From positions 10,106,001-10,170,000 of the forward strand of contig NC_042999.1 in the NCBI RefSeq assembly GCF_006345805.1: a stretch of 64,000 bases of DNA, given 5' to 3'. Each line of letters opens with the position of its first letter. The stretch's first letter is position 1. Positions 24,245 through 38,265 of the stretch are shown here, piece by piece. Under the pieces are notes generated by a model that was given only the letters and a program-made list of their open reading frames with translations, was not told the DNA's origin and searched no databases. The position numbers and the translations under genes were made by a program. The stretch is from Octopus sinensis (Eukaryota).

Positions 24245-24685
24245 ATATATTAATAAAAAGAATTCCAACCTTGTCTGATTTTCACGTTTTATTTACAATC
24301 TTATAATGATATATTATAAGATAATATATTATAATTGAATAAAATAAAATGAAATAGTAGAATGTTAAATATTCATTCTGATTGAACTAGTACTTTCATG
24401 CATTGAATTCTGCAATCTTCGGGTCATGTAGTAGTGTTGACAGTCATGCTTCACAATTTTTGACAGTCAAAAATTGTGAAGCATGACTGTCAACACTACT
24501 ACATGAACCCGAAGATTGCAGAATTCAATGCATGAAAGTACTAGTTCAATCAGAATGAATATTTAACATTCTACTATTTCATTTTATTTTATTCAATTAT
24601 AATATATTATCTTATAATATATCATTATAAGATTGTAAATAAAACGTGAAAATCAGACAGGTTGGAATTCTTTTTATTAATATAT
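24245..24685. repeat. ~440-bp near-perfect palindrome (arms ~220 bp, 1-nt centre at 24465)
   Basis: Left and right arms are reverse complements apart from two 1-nt indels. Centre TTTTGAC-A-GTCAAAA. Flanked by microsatellites. Confidence 0.95.
24504..24548 (+). ncRNA. Type-I hammerhead-like motif with U4C core variant and palindromic stem III
   Basis: TGAAC-CCGAAGA-TTGCAGAATTCAATGCAT-GAAA-GTAC-TA-GTTCA. Stem I 5 bp, stem II TGCA/TGCA with T.T closing mismatch, stem III AGTACT palindrome, triplet CUA. Confidence 0.55.
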
Positions 24686-24713
24686 TCTTCTATACACAAT
24701 CACACACACCCAT

Positions 24714-24755
<42 letters not shown>

Positions 24756-25749
24756 TGCGGCGACGCAATTCTTTTGCCGAATCCTTTTTATTAGTATATA
24801 CATACATATATATAGACATACATATACACGCACACACATGTATATATGGGTGTGTGTGTGTATGTACGTGTACATAGCCTAATGTCTATGGTGCATGTCG
24901 TAAAGCAAGGAATAAAGGCAAAACCCCAGGCGAAGTGACGTCCAGGCTCTGCCACGGTGATTAAGCCACTCCCAACACAACAAACGCCCCTGCATCAAAT
25001 GAATCCGTTGTCTCTGCTAACACTGATGCTCCTGCTTACCGTTAATTTGCTACTCTTAACTGTTCAGCATATTCACCACAGCAAACGAACACGCCTACAC
25101 ACATACACACGTGAACACAAACACATATATATATACATACATACACGCAAAGATACGCATATATTCGTGTGTGTGCGCGCACGCCTGTTTGTTTTACTGT
25201 AAGCAACCCTGTGGTATATCAGCGAATGGTAGCAGCGTTTAGGACAAGCTGAAGCCATTTAAATTTCACTTTACTAAAACGAGCAGTGACCTTGGTAAAG
25301 GTCAAAGCAACTTTATTTTTTAATTTTCTAAATTCCTCACTACGTTGTGTATTATATAAATAATAAACAAGTATTAAATATAATTAACGTGTATATATTG
25401 CAAATAGCTAACTAGTAGATATTATCCTCAGCTAATGAAATTAAGATCTTTAAACGATCGAAAATTCAGTGATAAACTATTCATAGTTAAAATTATGTTG
25501 AAATATCGAATTCAGCTGTTTTAAGTTTTTGCAATTAATTCTCATTAATTAATTGGTTTTATTTGGCTTCGGGGTAAAGTCTATCAATCATATAATCTCT
25601 ATTAGTTCTCATCGATAGATGGAGCAACCACAGAAATAGCAGCTTATCAGGTGTGAATTCATTAAGCTTGTTAATATTCTATATTTTTTTAAAGAGACGA
25701 GCAACACAACACAACACATGTAAACAACATCAACAACAGCAGCAGCAGC

Positions 25750-25811
<62 letters not shown>

Positions 25812-25832
25812 TGATGGTGGTGGTGATGGTGA

Positions 25833-25866
<34 letters not shown>

Positions 25867-25885
25867 GGTGGTGGTGGTGAGGTTT

Positions 25886-26165
25886 GAAGTTTTGGCACAA
25901 GACCAGTAATTTTAGGGATTGGAAGTCAATCGATTCTATCGACCCCAGTGCTCAACTAATGTTTATTTCATCGATCCCGAAAAGAATGAAAGGCAAAATT
26001 GACCGCGGCGGTATTTGAAGTCTCCCCTCAAAGTCACCTTTACCTTTCATGCCTTCGTGGGGCGGGGTTCAATAAACTGAGCACCAGTTGGCGGGGAGAG
26101 GGGAATCGACGTTATCGATTTTTTTCCTTACCCTAAAATTGCTGGCCCTGTGCCAAAATTCGAAA
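25886..26165. mobile_element. Two 5'-truncated SINE family B copies in opposite orientation
   Basis: Minus copy ~25886-26020 and plus copy ~26030-26165, both degenerate. Confidence 0.65.
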
Positions 26166-26172
26166 AAAAAAT

Positions 26173-26218
<46 letters not shown>

Positions 26219-26744
26219 TAATAATAATGAAGATTGTAAATGAAGCTGAATGCAAGGAGAGATTTGTGAGTGAATGCGTGAAGCTCATGCTGTAACGGTC
26301 TGAGCTGAGAGCAATGGTTTGGCATCCCAGCTCGTACCTACTGGGTCCATGTAACAGCTGGTATAAGCCAGGCCGAGTCCCGCCCTACTGATGCCCGGCA
26401 AGACCCACTTTGGGGCTCATTCCACCTCAATGGGATCCATGATTTTATTTGGCCTGGAAAGGACGGAAAGAGAATCGAAGAGATATGAGATTAAAAAATG
26501 TTTCAGTCCTTAAATGACAATGTCGGTATTTCGTATTAGAAGAAGAGAAATGGGAACGAGAGTATTAGTGAGGTGGGGATGGGGTATATAGATGAGAGTT
26601 AGAGAGTAGAGATGAGAGTTAGAGAGTAGAGATGAGAGTTGGGGGGTAGAGATGAGTTGAATAGTGAAAGATAGAGAAAACACACATTGAAAGATGGACA
26701 GATTCGATACCCACTCGCAAGAACATTGGCAAATGCCTGCATAT

Positions 26745-27130
<386 letters not shown>

Positions 27131-27550
27131 ACATTCATGCAGAAAGACAGATATCTACATACAATCATTTACATATACACATACCTTCATAAATATAAAT
27201 ACATACATACATACATACATACATACATACATACATACATACATACATACACACAAAAACAAACACGGCTTTGGTGGGATTTGAACTCAGAATGTAAAAA
27301 CACAATTGGTCTGGATTCCACTGCCCTGCACTAAACCACACAAACACATTCTTCACACCCGACACTCGACACCCGATAACACAACCCACACAACTCGTAT
27401 TCAATAGGACCACCTCAAACTGACACAGATTTTAAACAATCGTCGGCCGACGGCACGAATCACCCCACGCGGCACACGGTACACAGCCTGCGCCACGGAC
27501 TCGACTAAAGCATTCAAGCATTGGACGAGGACACAACAGACGACGGAGAT

Positions 27551-27814
27551 CAGTGGTTCCCAACCATATGACCCCTTCAGGGTCCCTTTGGGGCCCATCC
27601 ATATAGGGGTTTGTATATTAAAAATTATGGGCAATAAACTGTTTATACTTCTACAAAATATCTTGATTTTTTTTTTGGGGGGGGGGACAATTCCTTATAA
27701 TATTTAATCATGAAAATAGGATTTTTTAAAACCATCAAATAGCTATGGGAGGTCGATCGGGGTAAAACGGGAATCAGAAGGAGTCCACAGGTTAAAAATG
27801 GTTGAGAACCACTG
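27551..27814. mobile_element. hAT (Charlie-like) MITE, 264 bp
   Basis: TIRs CAGTGGTTCCCAACC and GGTTGAGAACCACTG. No recognisable 8-bp TSD. Confidence 0.75.
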
Positions 27815-27954
27815 ATGTGACTATAACAGACAGACAGACAGACACCATTTCGAACTTTCAGGTGACAAAAACGACAACGGTTGCTGACACTCGTTGAAAC
27901 ACAAAGGTTGTACCTGTTGGACTGGAAGAGAAAAATCGCTTAAATTACCGGAAA

Positions 27955-27980
27955 CAAATAATAATAAGGATAATAATAAC

Positions 27981-28031
<51 letters not shown>

Positions 28032-28180
28032 CAACATAATAAAAATAATAATAAAGATTATCACCAATAATAACGATGATAATAACGATAATAATAATAA
28101 TAATAATAGTAATATTAATAATAATAATAATAATGATGATGATGATAATAATCAACATAATAATAAAAATAATAATAATA

Positions 28181-28231
<51 letters not shown>

Positions 28232-28241
28232 CATAATAATG

Positions 28242-28286
<45 letters not shown>

Positions 28287-28320
28287 TAATAATAATAATA
28301 ATAGTAATAATAATAATAAC
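27955..28320. repeat. (AAT)n compound microsatellite
   Basis: Direct reading. Confidence 0.95.
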
Positions 28321-28596
28321 AACCGAGTAAGTAATACTCATTAAAATTTATTTCTATTTTCCGAATGAAACGATGTATTTTAATTGTGTGTCACCTCCGT
28401 CACCCGTACAACACCCGTAAACACGCTCGCCACACTGACAATGCGCTGAACTACACCCGGGGTAATTAATACTCGTCAAAAGCATTGGACTCTATCTGAT
28501 TAAGTACACATCACAAACAAGTTCGTAAATGAATTACGTACTCAGCCCAAGTTTTACATGAACACATTCTAATATCTTAAAATAACTTTAAGTATA

Positions 28597-28952
28597 GGCG
28601 TAGGAGTGGCTGTGTGGTAAGTAGCTTGCTTACGAACCTGCGTGGCACCTTGAGTAAGTGTCTTCTACTGTAGCCTCGGGCCGACCAAAGTCTTGTGAGT
28701 GGATTTGGTAGACGGAAACTGAAAGAAGCCCGTCGTGTGTGTGTGTGTGTGTGTCTGTGTCTGTCTGTCTGTCTGTCCCCCCAACATCGCTTGACAACCG
28801 ATGCTGGTGTGTTTACGTCCCCGTAACATTAGCGGTTCGGCAAAATTGACCGATAGAATAAGTACTAGGCTTACAGAGAATAAGTCCTGGGGTCGATTTG
28901 CTCGACTGAAGGCGATGCTCCAGCATGGCCGCAGTCAAATTACTGAAACAAG
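28597..28952 (+). mobile_element. SINE family A with internal deletion in the head
   Basis: Homology to family A; the B-box segment is missing. Confidence 0.85.
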
Positions 28953-29020
28953 CTTCCTTTTCCGTTGCGTCTGTCATCACAAACTGTTTTCAACTGATTT
29001 TTAAAAGTTTGTCCATAATT

Positions 29021-29340
29021 GGTACTCCGTCGGTTGCGACGACGAGGGTCCCAGTTGATCCAATCAACGGAACAGCTTCCCCGTGGAATTAACGTGCAAG
29101 TGGCTGAGTACTCCACAGACACACATACCCTAAACGCAGTTCTCAGGGAGATTGAGTGTGACAGAGAATGTGACAAGGCTGGCCCCCTTTTGACTTACAG
29201 ACACAACTCATTTTTGCCAGCCGAGTGGACTGGGCCAATGTGAAATAAAGTGTCTTGCTCATGGAGACAATGCACTATGAGGAATCGAACTCAAGACCAA
29301 ACAATTGGGGGCCGAACACCCCTAACCACTCAGCCACGTG
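29021..29340 (-). mobile_element. SINE family C
   Basis: Reverse complement of 16603-16928. Confidence 0.8.
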
Positions 29341-30119
29341 ACTTCAAAAGTTTGCTCAGAACCACATACGTCTCAGACAAGACACATTTGAAAGTGTTTC
29401 ATTCTTCACATTTTCCTCACATGAAGAAACTCTTTCTTCACATATCTGTAATCTACGACGCTGGGGCTTGCTCTCTCTCTCTCTCTCCCTCCCTCTCTCT
29501 CTCCCCCCTCTCTCTCTTTCTCCCCCCCCCTCTCTCTCTCTCTCTCAGAGACACACAAAACATTCTGGACCATATTCCGAAAAAGGAAAATACCATCCGA
29601 CCAAAAGTGATTCCCATCTGCAAAGACTGGAGGCAGCTGAGATAATGGAAGCAACAGAACAGCAGAAGATTTGAGAGTAGGGAATGGAATGGAGGGGCGG
29701 AGGGGGGTAAAGGGTAGCACAAAGAAAGACGAATGACCCAGATTTTCTTTGACATCGGGGGGGGAAATAGTTTAGAAATACATTCTACAGAAGAAAGGCA
29801 GAAGACAGACAGCTACTGATATCCACTCGACTTTATCAGTTTATCTTTAGCTCCCAGACTGAGAGGAAAACACACACACACACACTTTTAGATATGTGCA
29901 CTCATGTATATCAAAATCTCTCTCTCTCTCTCTCTCATTGATACAGGTATATGCACTCACACAGTCTTTTTCTTCTCTTCTTCTCTTTCCCTTTCTAGTC
30001 CCAGAATTGTGCTTTGCTATAATATACACATACCCCACCCTCTGTTCACCGGCTGAATCTGCCCCCCCCCAACCCACCCACCATTCCCTCTCAGTCTGTC
30101 CTAAACAAAGCCAGTCATG

Positions 30120-30340
30120 CGTAGCCTAGCGACGACGTAACTCGAGGTGCAGCCACCCGGAACGAAAGAATACGTCATAATACTTATATAATTTGCTTTC
30201 CAGCCACACCTCAAAGTTAAATAAAAACTACCTCCTGGGGCGGACCTCCCGGGGCGGACCTCCAGGGGCGAACCGCCACGTTACTCCGCACAAGCGCACA
30301 CACACACACCTCCACTTTTAATTACACTAACGACCCAGTG
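30120..30340. promoter_or_regulatory. CpG-rich island-like segment with tandem GC boxes
   Basis: GGGGCGG at 30237 and 30251 and GGGGCG at 30265, within a 14-bp tandem GGGGCGGACCTCC(C/A). CpG density is high relative to the flanks. Function is not demonstrated. Confidence 0.3.
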
Positions 30341-30819
30341 TTTTCTCGCCACCCGGGGTGGAGCCTCGCAGACGACTTCTTGTCAAACTCTGCTACGACC
30401 CCCCATCAGCTCTTCCTACCCCTGTCCCACCCCGAACTGTTGAGAAACAGGTTTTGTTGGTGGATGCAAATGGCTGGAGAGGAGAAAGTCTGGATGATGC
30501 TGCGCCAGCCTCACCTTCTTCTCTTGCAATTAGGTTCCACTCAACGGCACATCTTCCCATGTTTTTCTTCTTAATGTTGTGGTCGGAATATCAGACATGT
30601 CTGTGACATTGAAACATTTTTACTGTTTCTTCGTTAGTAAGGGGATAGATATAGGGTAGGAGCAACTGTTACTCTCTCTCTCTCCTATCTATCTCTATCT
30701 CTATCTATCAATCACTCTCTTTCTCTATCTATCACTCTCTCACTCACTCTTTTTCTCTCTCTGTCCGAAGTCTGGACGCCATGATAGATCGTTAGCTCCT
30801 ACACGCATTTTATATATAT

Positions 30820-30857
<38 letters not shown>

Positions 30858-31029
30858 TCTCTCTCATTCTATCTATCTCCCTCTGAGTGTACATGTGTGT
30901 GAGAGAGAGAGAGAGAGAGAGAGGAATCTCTTTTACTCTTTTAGTCTTTTAATCGTCATTCTGGGGCACTGCCGTAGGTGTAAAATTTCTTTTTTCTTTG
31001 CATAAAGCCAGTGATTTTTGAAGTGAAAG

Positions 31030-31200
31030 GGTCATGTCGATTGCATCGACCCCTAATAATTGACTGGAACCTTATTTTATCGACCCCGAAAGGGATGAAA
31101 GGCAAAGCTAACCTTGGCGATATTAGAACTGAGAACGTAAAGCGCCGGAAAAAGAGCCAATAATCTTTTTGTCCGACGCGCTAACGATTCTGCCAACCTT
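31030..31200 (-). mobile_element. SINE family B, degenerate
   Basis: Homology to family B. Confidence 0.7.
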
Positions 31201-31542
31201 AACAAGGTGTCTAATAGTTAAACTAATATATATCCTGGCTGCTAATTAAATTTACGAATTAATATATCATTAAACATCTGTGACTAATTGTCTCAACGAA
31301 ATCGGAAATCCATGTCAGATTAATTAAAAAAATAACTTTCCCCTTCTTCCATTAGGCGCAATGCGATACATTGGTACGGAATGAAAAATATTTCTGCGAA
31401 TATATTAATGGAATTCCGACAAGTTATAAACTCTCTAAGGGTAAAAACCCATAATAGCCTTCGGTGTTGATTAGGATTGAAAAGGGGACAGACATAGTGC
31501 TGTCTGCCCTCTTTTTGGCTAACTTTTTACTATGACAAAGGG

Positions 31543-31613
<71 letters not shown>

Positions 31614-31640
31614 GTGTGTGTGTGTGCGTGCGTGTGTGTC

Positions 31641-31683
<43 letters not shown>

Positions 31684-32185
31684 GTAGGCAGACAGACAGA
31701 CAGATGCAATGATACAAATGGAACGAGAGGAATATAAGAAGTGGACAGTTGGGCAAAGTGAGGCGTTACACCAGGTAGACAAGAATTCGAAAAGTGGACA
31801 AAATATAAATACACCTCCCCCCCCCACACACACACAAAATGAATGATGAGCAGAGTGAATGTTGCGCCGAAAAGAGGAAAAGAAAAGGGAGTAAATGGAC
31901 GTTTCCAATGGAATCTTTTCTGAAAGTAAAAAGCAAGATAAGAAACGAGAAACGGAACGATAACCATTTGAAACACTTGTGGAGCCTTCTTTGGGACATC
32001 AGCTTTAGGACAAGGCAAAGCATAACTGATCGGGAATTGAACTCTGGGTAACAGCCAAGCGGTGTCCACCCTGCACCACCTACCCACAACGTTCACCATA
32101 AGCAATATTTTGTTTAATGATTTGTTGGGGGGAGAAAGGCCCTTGGAAGCCCTCCGAGGTCAGTGGTTAATGAACCTCTTGAACA

Positions 32186-32583
32186 ATCGTTATATATAAA
32201 AGTGTGGTTGTGAGCTGTCTCCTACGATTTAGATTCCTAACTACTCCCACATTTTGTGGTGCAGTGTAACCAAAACCGGGTATCTTATAGTCGTGATTCA
32301 TATCGAGCCCTTCTGGGTATTAGCGCGCGTCTACGATGAGTCTACGATTTTAAAAAAGATTTACCATCATTTTTTCCCATTTTTAATGCATTTTTGGCAT
32401 ATATATAAGGGAAGTAACTCTCTAAAAATTCATTATTAAATCTCAGAACGTAAAAGGCTACAGTAACCCCCCCCCTTTGTGGTTAGCCATATTGAGATGG
32501 CTATTATACTTTACATCTCTAAAAATGCTTATATAGTTATTTCCCTTACAAACCCGAGCAACAACGAGCGATACTGCTAGTTA
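32186..32583 (-). mobile_element. HINE-like element (left copy of an inverted pair)
   Basis: Reverse complement of 32966-33369, clearly homologous along its full length. Confidence 0.7.
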
Positions 32584-32965
32584 CAAATAAACTAAGGGCT
32601 TCATCGTGATCCCTAGGACTCATAAAGCCAGAACTTAAACCCAGTTTTCGTGGCATGGAAGTGATTGCGTTACCCACAGAACGGGACGCTAGTCCCTCGC
32701 AGGGTTGACTTCCCAGCTGTTTGCTGGGACCTGTTCTTGCCAGGGAAGTGACATGGGGCAACGTGAAATGCAGTGTTTTGCCCAAGGACATGACAGTCTG
32801 CTCGGTCGGGACACGAAACCACGATCTCACGATAGCGAGTGCAACACCTCAGCCACTCAGTGGAACCACTTGAGGCTGGTTGTTTTGCAACAACTTCAAA
32901 AATTCCAAAGACGCAGAGCGGATTCCTGAGGGGCCAAAAAAAATACCTTTTTTTAAGCTTATTTA

Positions 32966-33369
32966 TAACTAGCAGTATCGCCCGGCGTTGCTCGGGTTTG
33001 TAAGGGAAATAACTATATAAGCATTTTTAGAGATGTAAAGTATAATAGCCATCTCAATATGGCTAACCACAAAGGGGGGGGGTTACTATAGCTTTTTACG
33101 TTCTGAGATTTAATAATACATTTTTAGAGAGTAACTTCCCTTATATAAACCGAGCGAAAATACATTAAAAATGCGGAAAAAGTATGGTAATTTTTTTTTT
33201 AAATCGTAGACTCATTGTAGACGCGCGCTAATACCCAGAAGGGCTCGATATGAATCACGACTATAAGATACCCGCATTTGGTTACACTGCACCGCAAAAT
33301 GTGGGAGTAGTTAGGAATCTAAATCGTAGGAGGCAGAGACCACACAACCTCTCTTTTATATACATAGAT
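32966..33369 (+). mobile_element. HINE-like element (right copy of an inverted pair)
   Basis: Starts TAACTAGCAGTATCGCCCGGCGTTGCTCGGGTTTG and ends TTTTATATACATAGAT. Confidence 0.7.
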
Positions 33370-33534
33370 TAGTCCAACATCATGGCGAAGAATGAAGGAT
33401 TATAAGAATGCAATCGTTATTTCGTCGTAGAAAGGAAGGGAATCACATCATTTTGGAGGGTTGTGGGGGCGGGGGGCGTGGAACTGGTTCTTGTTAGAAT
33501 CAGGGCCGCTGCATTAAGTTATGCCATCATCGTC

Positions 33535-33790
33535 ATAGTTTTAACATCCATTTTTGTTTTTACATGCTGGCATGGTTCGGATGGAATTCGTTGAGGAAGA
33601 GTTTCTGTGACCGGATGCCCTTCCTGTCACCAACCCATGGCCAGACATGTTCACAGGGAAGAATGGGAACGAGATGTGCCGCTTGTATGACAGTGACCCT
33701 CGTTTGTAACTATCCGGTGATGTCAGGACTCTCACACATACACACAGACACCTTATCACTCACTCCCTCGCGTATATGATCCCTTACTCT
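33535..33790 (+). mobile_element. RTE-tail-type SINE, degenerate
   Basis: TTAACATCC..TTT..CATGCTGGCATGG start and CCGGATGCCCTTCCTGTCACCAACC motif, as at 9.5 kb. Confidence 0.6.
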
Positions 33791-33927
33791 GCAGCCATTA
33801 TAAGGGTGCAAAAGAAAACGGAAATAAACATTAGAAGAACTGACCACATTGGTTTCTCTTTAATAAATAAGAAGAGAAAAGATTTGTGAAGGAAGGAAAG
33901 ACATAATCAATTGAATTCACTCGAAGA

Positions 33928-34007
<80 letters not shown>

Positions 34008-34186
34008 TGTGTAATAATATACATATATATGTGCGTTTGTGTATGTATACATGCACACACGTACATATTTGTGAGTATACGGATATATACATGTGCGTTT
34101 GTGTACATATGTATATATAAGCATATACATACACATACAAATATATACATATATTTACATGTGTATATATATAAAGATATACATAC

Positions 34187-34217
<31 letters not shown>

Positions 34218-35147
34218 CATGCATATATATACTTATATATATATATATATACATATATACATACATATATACATATATATACATACATACACATATACAT
34301 ACACATACATAAATACATATACATACATACATATATACATACATATACATACATACACATATACATACACATACATAAATACATATACATACATACACAT
34401 ATACATACACATACATGCACACTCACACACACACACACGTAACATGATAATTCTTTCAGAGAAACTTTAAACACGGGTATTTCTTAATTAATTAAGATTC
34501 GGGTTTTGCTGTTAATTAATAAATTCATTAATCCTATCGAAAACCTATAGGTTAGTGTGCTTGTATATATACATGCGGTTGTTTCAACAAAAACAACACC
34601 TTACTACTACTGCACGAGCCTTTTAGCTGTTGTTGTTGCTGCTACTGTTGTGGTCTTTCATAAACAAAACTATTTCATTACTTACGTCCTTTAAAAATTG
34701 ATGTCGGCTGCCAACTTTATGTTTCTCACTCTCTCTTCATTTGTTTTGGTATATTTTAGCTATTATGGCTGCGGCCATACTGGTGCACCGCCTTTAAGTG
34801 TGTGCACATGTATATATATATATATATATATATATATGATCGTTCGTTGGAGTCGGTGCTGTGTTTTGTAGGTGTATTATATATGCGCGTGTGTTTGTAG
34901 GTGTGCAAATGGTTACTTCTCTGTATAAATATATTGGTATTATTATCAATATTCTGGTAATCGTTTGTATTTCGATGTTGCTATAGAATTCCTCGGCTGC
35001 TTTCGCTACAGTTTTTGGTGTTTTCGAAAGTCGAGCAAACGTTCACCGCCAAGTCGTCGTCATGTGACCTAATTTCTTTCAACTCATTTATATACTTTTT
35101 TCTCTTTTCGTCTACATCCCGGCTCCTCCATCCTCACCTCCACTCTC

Positions 35148-35183
<36 letters not shown>

Positions 35184-36272
35184 GCCGACTTTAAAAAAAA
35201 CCACCCGATTAAAATTGCACCAAACGACAGAAGATCACTTACTTTTCATTCTTCCATTGCATTCCAATAATGGGGTTAACCCCCCAACAATGCCAACACC
35301 CTTATAAAACCCCTTACAACAACACCCTGGCACCACTTTCAGGAATCTCCTATTACCAATACTTCAGAGTCTCGTATAAAATAATCCAAATTTTTTCCAA
35401 CTTTGTTTCTACCCAATAATGTCTGACTCCTGTCGAAAGAATCGGTTCACATTTACCGACGTTAATCTCTGGGAATGCAATATAAAAAGATTTCAAGGCA
35501 CAGTTTTCGGCACCTGATAAAATGCTTAGCGGAATTACTTTGGCTCTATGAGTTCCGAGTTCGAATCCTGCCGGGGTAAACTTTGCCTTTCATTTTTTTC
35601 GGGGTTGATAAAATAAGGTGTCGATGGAATCAGTGGTTGCCTTTTCTCAGCCTTGTGTCTAAATTAGACACCAGGTCTCTTTTGTCGACTGGCACATCGG
35701 CACTGTGCCAACACAAGCGGCAAATTTGTAGAATTGATAACAATAGTTTGTAAAATCATTTGGAAACTTGATAGAATGATTCGGGGAAGTCGAGGATCTC
35801 AAAACCAACGACGATAAATTAACAGAAATTAATGAGTAAATAGATTAATTAAAATTAATTACTATACAAATTAATATAAATCATTACATTGAGTTCTAAT
35901 GTCTGCACAACGTCAAAAATACGGGAACGGATGCTTTATCAAAGTGAGCCAGGTGGTCCTTAAAATGGGGAATAAGAGTCACTCGAGCATCGGATTGAAT
36001 GTCTGGTGATTAGGGCCTCTAAGAGGGGTGGGTTAGAGGTTCGACCAATACAACGGCGGTGCAGGGCCCAGAGAGTGAAGAAAGAACTCGTGTCTATTTG
36101 CCGGGACTCTCCTTAGAAAAAAAACAAAACAAAGAGCTCAGCACTTTCGAATTTTAAGGAGACCCTCAACTCTCATCCAGGAACCCGAAGGTAGTTTTCT
36201 TCCGCCAAGCTAAATTTCTTTCAAAAACTCTTCTTGCGATATTTGCTCCGCCTTTCTGTACTCTCTGATTCA

Positions 36273-36315
36273 TTGACTGAAGAGAGGAAACCAAATCGAA
36301 ACGTCTGTGTCTCAA
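36273..36315 (+). ncRNA. Solitary type-I hammerhead ribozyme motif with canonical core
   Basis: TTGA-CTGAAGA-GAGGAAACCAAATC-GAAA-CGTCTGTG-TC-TCAA. Stem I 4 bp, stem II opens with G-C and A-T then GG-AAA-CC, stem III A-T/C-G/G.T, GUC triplet. Confidence 0.6.
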
Positions 36316-36554
36316 AGTCCTCTTACGTTCAGTGAATCAAGTCTGTTTTAAAAACATATCGTTTGAATGGGGAAGTTGTTCTCTAATAACGAAATACGAT
36401 GGTGATTAGCATATATCATCAGCGTAGTCACGATATGCACAGAGCCTGAAAGACTGCCGAAAGGGGACACATGGAATTTTATATAAATCCGCCAAATTAT
36501 TGTATTTCCGAAGCAAGGAACTATTTGTAGCTCTTTCTTAAATTGTGTGAGCAT

Positions 36555-36588
<34 letters not shown>

Positions 36589-36704
36589 CTACATACATAC
36601 ATACATACATACATACATACATACATACATACATACATACATACATACATACACACACAACTACATACATACATACGTACATACATACATATATACATAT
36701 ATAT

Positions 36705-37126
36705 TTCTTTTATTCTTTTCAGTCATTTGACGGCGGCCATGCTGGAGCACTGCCTTTAGTCAAAGAAATCGATCCCTGGACTTATTCTTTGTAAGCCTAG
36801 TACTTATTCTATCGGTCTCTTTTGCCGAATCGTTACGCTAGGGGGATGTAAACACACCAACATCGCTTGTCAAGCGATGGTGGAGGTGACAAAATAGACA
36901 TACAAACATATATGTGTGTGTGTTTGTGTGCGTGTGCGCGTGCGTATAATATATTTATGACGGGCTTCTTCCAGTTTCCGTCGACCATATCCACTCACAA
37001 GACTTTGGTCGGTCCGAGGCTATAGTAGAAGACACCTGCCCAAGGTGCCACAAATAAGACTGAACCCGGGACCATGTGGTTGGTAAGGTAAGCTACTTAT
37101 CACAAAGCCACTCTGCACCTATATAG

Positions 37127-37190
<64 letters not shown>

Positions 37191-37579
37191 TCTTTACTCT
37201 TTTACTTGTTTTCAGTCATTTGACTGCGGCCATGCTGGAGCACCGCCTTTTAGTCGAGCAAATCGACCCCGGGACTTATTCTTTGTAAGCCCAGTACTTA
37301 TTCTATCGGTCTCTTTTGCCGAACCGCTAAGTGACGGGGGACATAAACACACCAGCATCGGGGGGACAAACACAAACACATACACACACACACACATATA
37401 TATATACATATATACGACAGGCTTCTTTCAGTTTCCGTCTACCAAATCTACTCACAAGGCATTGGTCGGCCCGGGGCTATAACAGAAGACACTTGCCCAA
37501 GATGCCACGCAGTGGGACTGAAACCCGGAACCATGTGGTTGGTAAGCAAGCTACTTTTACACACAGCCACTCCTGCGCC
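36705..37579 (-). mobile_element. Two consecutive SINE family A copies (36705-37119 and 37191-37579)
   Basis: Homology to family A. The second copy has a short internal deletion near 37358. Confidence 0.88.
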
Positions 37580-37877
37580 ATACATATATATATATAATAT
37601 ATATATATTAATATATATAAAATATATATAATCATATATATATATACATATATATATATACATATATATACATATATATATATACATAATATATATATAC
37701 ATAATATACACTATATATATATACATATATATACATATATATATAACATATATATATATACATATATATATATACATATATATATATATACATATATATA
37801 CATACATATATATACATATATATATATACGTATATATATATACATATATATACATATATATATATACATATATATAC

Positions 37878-37908
<31 letters not shown>

Positions 37909-38199
37909 ATATATATATATATATAACATACATATATATAATATATATATATATCTATATATACATATATATATATATATAATATATACATATATATATA
38001 TATATTATACATAATATATATATATATACAATAATATATATATATATATATTAATATATATATATAAATTATATTATATATATATACATATATACATATA
38101 TATATAATATATATACAATAATATATATAATACCTATTATCTAACATATATATATATATATACATATTATAATACATATATATATATACCTATATATAT

Positions 38200-38231
<32 letters not shown>

Positions 38232-38262
38232 ATATATATATATATTATAATATATATATATA
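37580..38262. repeat. Long (TA)n-rich microsatellite
   Basis: Direct reading. Abuts the LINE 3' end. Confidence 0.95.
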
Positions 38263-38265
38263 TAC

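Noticed and set aside
35240-35470. Minus-strand segment with a strong acceptor and perfect donor
   Set aside because: Stops in all frames across the full segment; GTAAGT is expected by chance every few kb.
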